Below are positions 13,732 through 26,058 of a stretch of DNA of 64,000 nucleotides, one piece after another. Numbering within the stretch: position 1 is the first letter of the stretch; every line of letters begins with the position of its first letter. A program made the position numbers and the translations under genes. The notes beneath the pieces were generated by a model, which did not search any database, was not told the origin of the DNA, and saw only the letters and a list, made by a program, of their open reading frames with translations. The DNA comes from Epiperipatus broadwayi (taxonomy: Eukaryota; Animalia; Onychophora), in the NCBI GenBank assembly GCA_028023455.1, contig JAQFVV010000003.1:19220001-19284000 (forward strand). Direction: 5' to 3'.

Positions 13732-14284
13732 AAAACAATTGGTAATAAACTAACATTAATAAAAAAATGACATGATAATTCAAATTTATACATTCTTATC
13801 AAAAATATAATTGCATATCTCAAAAATTATTAACCATTTGATTTTCATTCATTAATTTGATTTTTGCTTTTTTAAAATTACTTTTCAAAAAGTAAGAATT
13901 GAAAAACAACATGTACTCAGGAAAAAGTGCATTTTAAATGAGCTTAATCCTTTGTAATTTTGGAGAGCAATAAATGAATAAGAAAAAAGGCAAATTTAAT
14001 AAAAAATTAAGTTACTTTAAAAAAAAAAAAACATTTTGAAAGGAAATCATGAATAAAATGTTTTATCAGAAAATGCTTTATTAAATTTATTCCTATAAAT
14101 TTTTTTTTTTATTTCTACACAATAGTATAATGTGCACATAAAGGAAAAAAACCTACCATTGTTTTAATTTTTTGGGAGTCCTTTGCATTTATAATTTTCA
14201 GTGTTTTCATGTAGGTTTTATTCTCAAAGGCTTCTCACTTCCAGGTTAATGCATACAGTTCTTTCTACTTGGCAATAGAAGATT

Positions 14285-14850
14285 TCAAGTTGCTTTATTT
14301 ATTTATCATTTGCTCACAGTAATAATTTATGGAGTTCTTGCTTCCTGAGCTAGAAACAGTTAGTTATATGGAATAAGGGTTTATGTTTAGGGTTATGGAC
14401 ATACAGGTGGTGACGATTCTGGTTGGCACAAAAGGAATGTCTTTTAAAGTCCATGCACTATATTTTTATTTATTATTTAAAAATTTAGTTTATAGCTGCA
14501 GTACATTACTGGTACTAAGTGGCCAAGGCATTGATGATCAGCATGTTTCTGTATTCCAACATTATTTTTTTAATTGTTATACTCTTATGGATTAACACCT
14601 GAGTATTTGCATTTAGATAATTATTGTTTGTATTCCTGCTCTAAGTTTTGCAGTGGCTAAATAATTAGCCTGGTCTACAGTGGACCACTTTCAAATCCAG
14701 TTATAAGATTGTTGATTTATATTTTTATTGTATCTCTCATGCTCATTCCTTTTATATTTAATTTATATTGTTTATTTGGGGATGATAATTGTTTCCCATC
14801 TCATAATTCAGCCCTAATGTAATTTATCTGTTACAAATTGTTGTCCAACT
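14285..14850 (-). repeat. Dispersed ~600-bp repeat, copy B
   Basis: Colinear with 20635-21250 (gagttcttgcttc.tgagctaga, ctggttggcacaaaagg, gatcagcatgtttctgtat). Confidence 0.75.
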
Positions 14851-15500
14851 TGTACCACTATTTTCTATTCAGTTATAATTGCCAATCCAACTGCGGGATA
14901 GATGATAATCATGTTCTGGCGGTCAGTTACTACATAAATTGAATCTCAGAAATGCACCAGAAAAAGAATTCTGTGTTTTGATGCAGGATTAATTTAAAAT
15001 ATTACTGTGAAATGTGACAAGAGTGTAGAGAATGATTGTTATAATTTGATTACAAATTATGAAATAAAACTATTAATGGTTATTTAAGGAGTTCACATTT
15101 AAAGTTGAGCAAGAAATCAAAGCATGATTTGGGAGATTCAATTGAGTTTTTGATTGTTGAAACTTCTTTAGATATACTTTCACTTTTGATGATGGGTGGA
15201 GTTTAATTGTTGACTTGAGGATGCAATGTTTTCACACAAGTCCTTGGAGTATTCTATCTCAGGCATTGCTCCAACTCACTTTTTTCATATTTACAATTAT
15301 TGATTATGGTTCAGTTTTAACATAGTCCTGCCTTGATCCCCAGCTTCTAAGTCTCCAAGAAAAAGAACAATGCATAATTCTGTATTTTCCACCCCCTAAA
15401 ATGCAAAGGAATAGAGCTTTGCAAATATTTTTTTGCATTATTTTTGAGTCATAGTAGCTGATAGTGTCTAAATTAAGGTAGACATTTGAGTGTTCATGAT

Positions 15501-15533
<33 letters not shown>

Positions 15534-15699
15534 GGCTGCAGAAAGGAGTTTGCTATTAACTGAAAGGAAACCCTTTGATTCCTCTTGGAGGCCTTAAAGG
15601 AACCGAGCAGGGCAAATTCCTAATGTCCACTCCATACGTTCTTGTCGTTGCAGCTGTTATTACCATATGTTTATTCATATAGTATACGAACATGGATGG
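15534..15699 (+). ncRNA. HDV-like (CPEB3-type) self-cleaving ribozyme at the RTE 5' end
   Basis: P1 GGCTGCA 15534-40 / TGCAGCT 15649-55 with a G1.U wobble; P3 ACG/CGT; L3 TTCTTGT; GT after P1; P4 hairpin 15658-86; J4/2 CGAA with candidate catalytic C15687; P2 (CCAC)TCCAT / ATGGA(TGG); J1/2 stem AGGAGTTTGC/GCAAATTCCT. Confidence 0.85.
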
Positions 15700-15825
15700 G
15701 CTGCTCACCAACATGCATTAGCCAGCGTGGTGAGTTTATTGGCTTTTTACCTCTGAGTTTAAGATCAAGAAACACCATGGTCTTTCTTCTCAGTGCCTGA
15801 TAAGGCAGAATGAATGTTTGTGTAA

Positions 15826-18799
15826 ATGATAAAGATTTTTCCCAATTATACAATTATGACAGACAAAAATAAAGCATGGCCCTTAATCCCAGGAGGCTGT
15901 AAAGTCACCAACCAAGGCAGCGGTTGGTGGCTGAAGGCGGAGGGTGCTAAGAATATCCTGGAGGTGGACCCAGGCTGCCATTTGATGATGACTTTTTATT
16001 TAGGTACTTACAACTGCAGATCACTTTCAAGTGAAGGAAGATTGCAAGAATTAGAAGAAGAACTCTCTTATATTAAATGGGATATTATTGGACTTTGTGA
16101 AGTTAGAAGAAAAGGTGAAGAGACAATTGATTTAAAAAGTGGACATATGCTCTATTATAAAGGCACAAATATTGGAAATACAAGTGGAGTAGGATTCATT
16201 ATAAATAAAAAGTGGAAGAACAATATTGTGGAGATTGATGGTGTATCAGACAGAGTGGCAAGATTAGTTATACAACTTAATAGCAGATATCAAATGCAGA
16301 TAATTCAGGTTTATGCCCCAACAAGTTCTCACAGTGATGAAGTAGTAGAAGATTTTTATATGGATGTACAAAAGGCTTTTGATCAGAGTAAACAACATTT
16401 TAAAATTGTTATGGGAGATTTTAATGCTAGAATTGGTAAACAAATGAAAGATGAAAGTGTTGTAGGTAATTTTGGTTATGGTAATAGAAATGAGAGAGGA
16501 CATAGACTTGTGGAGTTTGCAGAGAAGGAAAAACTTTATATTATGAATTCTTTTTTTGAGAAAAATGTTAGAAGGAAATGGAAGCATCCAAATGAAGGTA
16601 CAGCAGAATTGGATTATATTTTGACTAACAGGAAATACATATTTCAAGATTGTAATGTTCTTAATAAATTTAACACAGGAAGTGATCATCGATTAGTAAG
16701 GGGTAAGATACATGTTAATGTAAAACTAGAGAGACAAAAATTATTAAGAAAAACTATATTTACAGTTGATATTCCTAATCTTCAGAAACATTCTAATGAA
16801 TTTAAATTAGAACTTACAAATCGGTTTCAAGTATTAGTAGATTTTGAACATGATTCAGATTTGAATGAAATTAATATGAAAATAACTGATACACTTTTAA
16901 AAACTGCAACAAAGATAGCTGGTAGAAAAAAGCAGCAATTGACTAATAAAATTTCTACTGAGACTAGAGAACTTATGAAGAAAAGAAGGAATATGAAGAT
17001 ATGCAAGAATGATGCATTAAAAAGAATTGAATATCTCGAATTTTGTAAAATGGTGCGGAAAAGAGTTGAAAATGATATAAGAAAGTATAACTGTGAACTA
17101 GCAAGAAAAGCTGTAGAAGAAAATAAAAGTCTTAAGAATGTAAAACAACATTTTGGTATTGGTAGGAAATTTATATCTGCAATAAGGAAAAAAGATGGAA
17201 TTATTACTAAAAAGAGGGATGACATTATGAAATTGGTAGAAGATTTTTATCAAGAATTATATAGTAATAAAGAACAAGTACCTCCTATATCTATTACAGC
17301 TTCTGAATTGCCCAGAATTTTAAATGAAGAAGTGAGAAATGCAATTAAATGTATGAAAAAAGGAAAGGCTCCAGGTAATGATGGAATTATAATTGATATA
17401 TTAAAAGAAGCAGGTGAAGAAACAGAAAAAATATTAGCAAAGTTATATACCAAATGTCTAAATGATAAAGATGTACCGGATGATTGGAAGAATGCAGTAA
17501 TAATATTAATATTTAAAAAAGGTAATAAAGAAGATATTAGAAATTACAGACCTATCAGCCTTTTATCAGTTTTATATAAAATTTTTACCAAGATAATTAC
17601 AACTCGTCTACAGAGAACCTTGGATTTTCACCAACCAAGAGAACAAGCTGGATTTAAAAGTGGTTTTAGTACAGTAGATCATATTCAAGTATTGAGAGAA
17701 GTTATAGAAAGGACAAATGAATATGAGTTGTCATTATGTTTTGGATTTGTAGATTATGAAAAGGCATTTGATTCTATAAATATTTCTTCAGTGATTAAAG
17801 CATTGGATCATCAAGGTATAGATCCAGGATATTGTCATATTTTAAAGAATATTTATAAAAATGCAACAGCAACAATTAGATTACATAATGATACTGGGAA
17901 AGTCAACATTGAGAAAGGTGTAAGACAAGGTGACTCCATATCTCCAAAACTTTTTACAGCAGTGCTGCAAGAAGTATTTTGTGGATTAAAATGGGAAACT
18001 AAAGGAGTGAAAGTAAATGGAGATTATTTAAGTCATTTAGATTTCGCAGATGATGTAGTTGTTTTTGCAAATAATGCTTCCGAGCTGCAGGAAATGTTGC
18101 AGGAGTTATCAGATGAAAGTAGGACTAAAGATAAATGTTAAAAAGACTAAAGTAATGTTTAATCGATTTGCTCCAAATATGAAAATAAAGATTGATTATG
18201 ATGAATTAGAAGAAGTTAAGAGTTACAAATACCTTGGTCAGATTATTAATACAGATGGAAACATAATAGAGGAAATTAATCATAGAATTAAACTTGGTTG
18301 GAGTGCTTTTGGTAGAAATAACTTGATATTAAAAGGAAATATGCCTATGTGTTTGAAAAGAAAGGTTTTTAACAAATGTGTTTTACCAGTTCTTACTTAT
18401 GGATCTGAGACTTGGACACTTAATAGAAGATCAATACAGAGACTTCAGACCACTCAAAGAAGTATGGAGAGATGTATGTTGGGAGTAACAAGAAGAGATC
18501 GAAAACGCAATGTATGGGTAAGAGAACAAACAGGTGTTACTGACCTCATTGAAAAAATTAAAAGATTGAAGTGGAGTTGGGCTGGACATATTGCTAGAAG
18601 AGATGATAATAGATGGATAATTGAAATTTTAAACTGGATTCCAAGAGATTGTAAAAGACCCAGAAGGAGACCACATGTAAGATGGATGGATGAAATAAGA
18701 AAATGTGTAGGGGTGATGTGGAGAAGAGAAGCTAAAGATCGGAGAAGATGGATTAAACTTGGAGAGACCTTCATCCTGCAGTGGATTGATAATGGTTGA
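15826..18799 (+). pseudogene. RTE APE-endonuclease/reverse-transcriptase polyprotein, one frameshift at about 18116-18123
   Basis: The 771-aa ORF (TYNCR, GLCEVR, GDFN, SDH, RT up to DFADD) joins the 246-aa ORF (KVGLKIN, YKYLG, WAGHI, W..EI) if one 8-nt repeat unit is restored. Confidence 0.92.
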
Positions 18800-20634
18800 T
18801 AATGATGATATATATATAGTATAGTGACCATAATTTGTATCTATCACAGGATTGCAGATCATTATGCATTCTTTTGCTGTCAGATTCTTATCGATCTCTA
18901 AGAAAGTTTTATCAGATCTCTAAGAAAGGTTTTGATAAATGGTTCTTGACATGACCTTTTTGTACACATTGTGCTTATAATAAAAATGCAAGAGAAATGG
19001 AAATCAGCCACACACCCATGAACTGGATAGAATTGGAGAATAAAGCAAGGAAAGTAAATCATATAAAGCCAGTTATTGAGATAATAAGGTTAAAAGAAAG
19101 TCATATTAGGAATAATAATAATATAGTAGTAGTGTTATGTAAGGTGAAATATGATTGCATGGAAGAGGAGGTGATTTTAAGTTTACTTTATGAGATATCT
19201 TTAAAAGTTCATATTTGTATTTCTTATGTAAAAAATAATTTAAATTTTTCTTGAAGTCTAATAGAAACATCTGTGCTGACAAGAGGAAACATAAAAAATA
19301 TGGAAGAAGAATGTGAGCCAAAAGAAAATAATCAGCAACCAACAGAAAGGAAGCAGAGAATAGGGAATGCTTTCATGTTATCTCAATTATTAGAAATGTT
19401 TAAAGATAATAAAAAGACAAACAAAGAGAAGATAATAAACAAAGAGAAGAAGATAATAAGAAGATGGAACAACAAAGATAAGAAAATAAAAAGAGATCAA
19501 CAAAGAGAAGATAATAAGTGTCTGGTAAGAAATGGAGATTCCTAACTCAGCTGTCGAAACAAGCGCAATCAAGTCTTAATCCAGCTTCTGAAAAAGTCAG
19601 AAGAAATTATTTTTAATTTAGCGGTTGAAGAGAGAGCAGTCAAGTTTTAATCCAGATGATAAAGAAGCAGAAATATCTACCAAGCTATTGCCTAGAATAG
19701 CAGAAGTTTTAATCAAGCTCATAAAAATGATTTGCACAATGAGAATCATATGTTAAATTTAGCAAAAAGCTAGACATCTTCCTCCATGTAACCTGCTTTC
19801 ACTGGAATAAAAATGTAGAGGTTATCCCCGTAAAGTAATCTGAAATCTTGTCTTCAATCAATAGCATGAGTCTGTCTGCATTAGTCTCACCTGGGAAATT
19901 TATTAAAAGACAATGGACAAAATTTTGCTGTTGTTAATCTAAAAATGAAATACTGAGTACCAGAAAAAGTACAAATTAATCATGTTCATGCATAAGTCTT
20001 TAATATAAAAACTGGAAATTATAATTGGGAAGAACTCCACAGAAAAAACAAAAACAAAACATGGTTGAAGGTATTTTTTTTTGTGCACTCTATATTTTAT
20101 TAATAGACATTTTTTTTATATATATAAAAGTAATAATTTTTTGTAAGGATTGATCATTTTAAATATTTTCATTAAGTTAATGTTTTCAAATTGTGAACCA
20201 TATTTTTCTTAAAATCCAGTTAATTTTCTCTTCAAAACTATGAAAGTTTTTAGAAAATTTAATTTTTTTGAAACATGTTTTTCTCCTAAAACTTAACAAA
20301 AGATTAATTAAGCTAAATCAAATAAAGTTAATTTATGAATAGAAATCGATTGATTATAATTTTTATGAAAATATTTTTTTTGATGAAATGAATGTTTAAA
20401 ATTTCATACTATCATTGTCATGTTTTTTTGTTTATTGTTAGTCAATTAGTTATTAAAGAATGGTTTTAAAAATATATTTTTGTCTTAATTTCTTTATTTT
20501 ATCCGATCATTTTGTAGCATATGCGACTTTATTTCATGACAGCTTAATGTCCTAGGATTTTTTTTTAATGATCCCAATAAAACTATTTACTTATAATAGG
20601 ATAAATCTAGGAATTATTTGAAATGATTTATAAT

Positions 20635-21250
20635 AAGCTGCTTTATTTATTATTGCTCACAATAACAGTTCTTAGAGTTCTTGCTTCATGAGCTAGATTT
20701 ATGCATAACAGTTAATTATATGGAGTAGGGTTTTATGTTTAGTGTTATGGGTATCCAGATGATAATGATCCTGGTTGGCACAAAAGGGATAACCTTTAAA
20801 ATCCATGCACTACATTTCATTTTATTTCTTTAGAAATTTAGTTTATAGTTGGCCAGTACATTAATGGTACTAAGTTGCCAGGACATTGATCAGCATGTTT
20901 CTGTATCCCAGCATTATTTTTTAATTGTTATATTCTTGTGGATTAGCACCCGAGTATGTGTACCCAGATAATTATTGTTTGCATTCCTGCCCTAAGATTG
21001 GTAGTGGCTAAATAATTAGTCTGGTCTTTAGTGGATTACTTTCAAATTCAGTCACAAGATTGTCTGATGATTTATATTTTTATTGATCATTCATAATGAT
21101 TATTAATTTTGTGTAATGCTGCTAAACTTATAGTTCAGCACTGATCTCACATGCTCATTCCTTTTTTGTATTTTATTTGAGGATGATGATGGTTTCCCAT
21201 TTCCTCATAATTCAGCCCTAATGTGGTGTACTGTTACAAATGGCTACCCA
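20635..21250 (-). repeat. Dispersed ~600-bp repeat, copy C
   Basis: Colinear with 14285-14850. Confidence 0.75.
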
Positions 21251-23029
21251 ATTGTGGGAACTGCAGATTCTTTCTTATTAATCCCTAGTTTCTGAACTGT
21301 AACACTATCTATTGAATTAAAATACATTTTAATGAAAAGTATTTGCTAGAACAAAAACAGATGCAATCATTTGTAATATTTTTGATCTATAATATCTTAT
21401 CCTCAGTTAAAAATGATTTATATAAAATAAATTATATTTATTTGAATTTTTTTAATAATTGAAAGTAAAAGTTTTACATTTTAAGAAACTACCTAGAGAA
21501 AATTCTAATATATTAACAGCTTGCATTAAGTAATCACTAAACAAATATGAAATTACTGATAAATTACTCACTCTGTTATTACTAGAAAAAAAAAAAAATT
21601 TTTTTTTTTAATGCAAAATTTATGACAATAAACCACATTATACAACCACCTGATCAGATATAAAAATTGAAATAATTTTATGATGTAGATGTTCAATATA
21701 AAAAACTACTGGGTTACAATAAAATGTGATGAGTAATTCTTAGATATAAAATATTATATTAGATATTGAAAACTATTTATGGTGCTAAAATCATACATTT
21801 TAGCAACTGGAAAAATGTTACATGATTCCGATTTCTTTACAAAATAATATATTAACAGAACCATTATTAATTATTTACAGCCAAGTTTCAACAATATACA
21901 GGTGTATTTTGAAAATTGAATCACATGAAATTTTAATGTGTGAAGCTTCTATACATCTAAAAGAATTGATGCTAATTGAATGAAAGAAATCAGGGGATTT
22001 AAAAAAAACAATTTTACATTTAGAAAAAATGCAAAACATTGATGCCAACATTCTGTTCTGATTATTTAAATTATAGGGACTGCTCTTTCAAGGAAATGGA
22101 AGCATTTGAATGAATCTTACCATGAGAAATCCCTATATGAACAAAGATTGAGGAAAGAGTTTTGTTAGTGCGGTCACCAGAAGTAAAATATAAATGACAG
22201 TAAATTATTTAATGAAGTATTACATATTAAAAGTTATGATCATCAGTGAAAAGATCGAAGAATGGTGATAAAATGATGAGTCCTGCCAACATAGATGAGC
22301 CACTAAACACCACAAGATCACTATCTCTTATAATAGCACATAATTGTTATTAAACAAGGCAAAACTCTCCATACAGTGATGCACTCTGTGCTATATCCTG
22401 AATCTATTTCTCCCCACTGAACAAATATTTTCAATAATGAACAATATGTGCACCAGTGAAAAGATTCAATTAAAATTAAAACACTGAAAGCATACATTTA
22501 TACCAAATACAACTTTGATATGAATTGCTTACAGTTTAATGAATTTTTAAAACACAAACGTAATTTATTCAAAAAAGTTCATTTTGTATAAAGTATCAAA
22601 ATTATTATGCAATACATATATTTTAAAATAATGTAAATTTTTAAGTTTTAATGAAACAAATAAATGTAACCTGTTTTTTTTGTTATCACGAAACAATTGA
22701 TTTGCGTTTCTCAAAAAAAAAAAAAAGGTCGCCATAAGTATGCTGAATTTGTCCAAAACAATTGCAAAACCTCCCTTTCAAAAAAAAAAAAAAAGCCGTC
22801 CTATTGTTTTTATGACTATTATCAAAATACTTTTATTAACTTTATTCTTTCTATTAAACATATAAAATACTTTTTAAATTTAATGTGAATATTTTGAAAT
22901 ATAACTTCAATAAATATTTATATCTTAACGTCATATTTATATATGGTTGATTCACTTTTAACTAGTGTTGTTGCTTAAGAATAACCATATTATGTGTATT
23001 TATTATGGGCATTATCTGATATGGAAAAC

Positions 23030-24170
23030 AAAATGGAAGAAAATTGGATTTCTTTTGCATGATGATAAAATACTTTTTACATTATTCTATGCTGATCAAA
23101 TAATTTTATTCTCAGAGTCATGATTCGAAGTTAATAAACAGAATATAGAAAATGGAACTTAGGAGTAAATGTAACAAAAAATATATATTGGAGTAACACA
23201 ACAGGTTATGTTAAAAAATGAACAACAAATTGGTCAGTGTGAGGAATATAAGTAAGTGTCTAGGTATGAAGACCACAGAAATAGAACAGCTGAAATTATA
23301 ATAAAAGAAAATGTTCTGGATAGAAAAACTATAGTAATGATAAATGAGATATTTGTGGAACTCAAATACATTGAACAAATACAAGAAGATGTAATATTGG
23401 AAGGTGAACAACAAATTGGAAAAATGTGAAGAATACAAAAATCTAAGAATAAAATGGAAGAACTGATGAACTTAGAAATGTATTGGTAAAAAAGCTATAT
23501 CAATAATAAATGGTTTTGTTTGGTATCAGAATATATCATAAGTCAATAAATGATTAATATATGATACAGTAGTGACCCCCCCTCCGAGTTGTAGTAGGTA
23601 GAAAAGCTATAATGACAATGAATATGATATTGTGGGATCAGAATGTATTGTTGCAACAGAAGATGCATAGTGGAAAATGGATAAAAGATTGAAAGAACAA
23701 TATAGATAGAAAATCTATAGCAATAAGCAATGTAATGTTAGGATTAGAATGGACCCAAGTCAATAAATGACCAATATATGATATAAATGAAAAATATCAT
23801 TACATATAAAAATGAGATTTGGCAGCTGAGGAAAAGAACAGAAAGGAAATTTATGTTACAGAAAAGGACTTTTTGCAAAGATCTGCAAAAAAGTCAAGGA
23901 GGAATGAACCAATAAAAGAATATGAGAAATAATAAATATTGAAAACACTATACTAAATGAAGTCAGAACATGATAATGGGAATAGTATGAATATATAAAG
24001 AAAATTACTTAGTAAAGATTACCTAAACATTAAAATAGATACTAGGAAAGAGAAAAATGTGTCCAAAAAGGAGTTAGAAAGATGAAATTAAGAGAGGAAT
24101 TCAAAATTTACAGAAAGATTTATGAATGAATAGAAAAGCATGATGAATGAAAATCAGATTACATTATAGA
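23030..24170 (+). mobile_element. Highly decayed LINE RT/3' remnant
   Basis: Purine-rich strand; LFYADQIILFSES resembles LLFADD, with ITYKNEIW-like and W-rich 3' motifs; many stops. Confidence 0.45.
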
Positions 24171-24832
24171 CCAATAAAAAATGATTATTATAATTAATTT
24201 TCACTTAATATTTATAAACACATATTGTAGTTGTTCCTTTAGACAAAAGTGTAACTTTTTGGCTTTAGAGGAAAATTTGTAAGCTGAAAAAAAAAGCCAC
24301 GATTCCCAAGATAAATATGAAAAGTTACTAGCAGAATCATTTATAATAAATCATAATCTGGATTACCATAAGAAGGTTGAAAAACGGTACCAGAAATCAA
24401 TCACAAATATGAAATGTTTTTTAAGAAAAAATACTTGAAATTATAGCTGCGGGAGTTTTTATAATGTGCATGCAGTGTGTTGAAAACTGTAGGTGTAAAA
24501 GGATTTTGATAAATTAATAAAATGTATAGTTAAATATATTATCAAATCTACTGATCTTTCCCGTTTATAACTTCTTCAATACTTGTATCAACTCTTCTTT
24601 GAAATTAATTTTTTAATTTTTTTACGTTATTTTATTTTCGTTAAATTCTATAATTATTTAAATGTTTATTTAATTATTTTGTCTTTTTACATTCATCTTT
24701 TCCATTGTTTTTTTTTTTTTTTAATAATATCCACTTAATTTTTATTTTGTCTTTTCTTTTTTACTTTGCCATGCATTTCTTTTATGAGTATACTTTTTTC
24801 ATATGCATAGAACATGTATATAAAGATTATAG

Positions 24833-25346
24833 TAGTGTTTTCTAAAGTGTGTCATGTGACTTATGTTGTGAGAGTTCTTTGGGTGTGGCGGAAAAATATA
24901 AAAATTTATACTAAAAAATTAATACAAACTTACTAAAATTAAAAATACACAAAATCTAAAAAAATGCTGCCAAGCTACAATAATTATGAAAAATTTTATT
25001 GCTTTTCTCTACTTTGTATTTATGGGAACTGGCATATTTATCAATGACTGAAATTAAAAGAAAAAAAACATGAGACTAATTTCCATGGAACAATAACTCA
25101 GGTTCCTTATCTACATTTCGACCTAGAATAAAGAAATTATGTGAAGAATAACGAGTATAAGCATCACATTAGGATTAAAACTTTTTGATTTTTTAAAAAA
25201 AAATAAATGTAAATATTATATGTGATAAAATTTATTTATTTCTAGTAAATATAAAATATTTATTTTTTGTCCTAAAATTTCTGGGTGTTGCAAAAATTAA
25301 TTAACTTTGAAGTGAGTTGCTGGTATATAAAGTTTGAGAACTACTG
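24833..25346. mobile_element. hAT (Buster/Charlie-type) MITE
   Basis: Imperfect TIRs TAGTGTTTTCTAAAGTG / AAGTTTGAGAACTACTG; 8-bp TSD GATTATAG / GATTATAA with central TA. Confidence 0.8.
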
Positions 25347-25531
25347 GATTATAATATAAACAAAATTAAAAATAATAATAATATAGTTATTAATAATATG
25401 TTCACTGAAAGTATAAGAAAATGAACTTGCAATATTGTATTTTTTAAATAAAATATCTAACTTTCGCCACAATTAAATATCTAAACATCACATGATCACC
25501 ATTCTTTATGCATGCGTACACAAACTGTTTA

Positions 25532-26058
25532 CACAGAGGCTAAACCCTTCATACAGTAGTGCCACTCAATGCAAGTCAGAGTAATCAATGGATGCAAGAT
25601 GGTTTGTGCATAAAATCTCTATCTAGTGCCTATTCATTCAATATCCCCAGACTAGGTTAGTGGTTTAATACCAATCCTGCCCATTAGGATTATGGAGTCT
25701 CTGGTTATTAAAGAACCAATTACACCAACATGTATGGGTGCTGAACTGAGTTCAGATCTATACTATATAAACTGATGAGCTTGAATGGAAAACATGTTTT
25801 CATTTTTGACTCAAAGCTTTATAATTAGCTAATAAGGTAGAAGCTGGCTGCTGGAGGGTTGCATTAGATCCCAAGATTTAGGTGCAATGCTCTCAGATCC
25901 AAGGATCCTTACTAATGAAAGCCACAAGCTAGAAACTAGTCTGGGAATATTGGATGAGTAGGCACTAGATGGGGATTTATGCCTAAACCTTCTTGCATCT
26001 ATTGATGACTCTAGCTTGCACTGAGTGGCACTACTGTACGGAGAGTTTAGCCTCTGTG
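25532..26058. mobile_element. MITE with ~130-bp TIRs (CACAGAGG...CCTCTGTG)
   Basis: Long inverted arms, flanked by TA on both sides; same family as 60386-60657, with partial copies near 22355-22400 and 37990-38125. Confidence 0.8.

Larger units (their letters stand above)
15534..18808 (+). mobile_element. Full-length RTE-clade LINE, copy 2, inserted in a (TA)n microsatellite
   Basis: Structured 5' UTR, single APE-RT ORF with one frameshift, TGA-type tail, and (TA)n on both sides (15507-15533 and 18809-18818). Confidence 0.95.

Noticed and set aside
712-18862. Minus-strand ORFs of 60-140 aa overlapping the RTE and Gypsy elements
   Set aside because: Antisense shadows of A-rich coding strands (F/L/I/S-rich), repeated in both RTE copies, with no domains.
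18990-19960. Purine-rich ORFs 18997-19545 with 18-bp repeats
   Set aside because: Low complexity with no recognisable motif; possibly a decayed TE, but not assignable.
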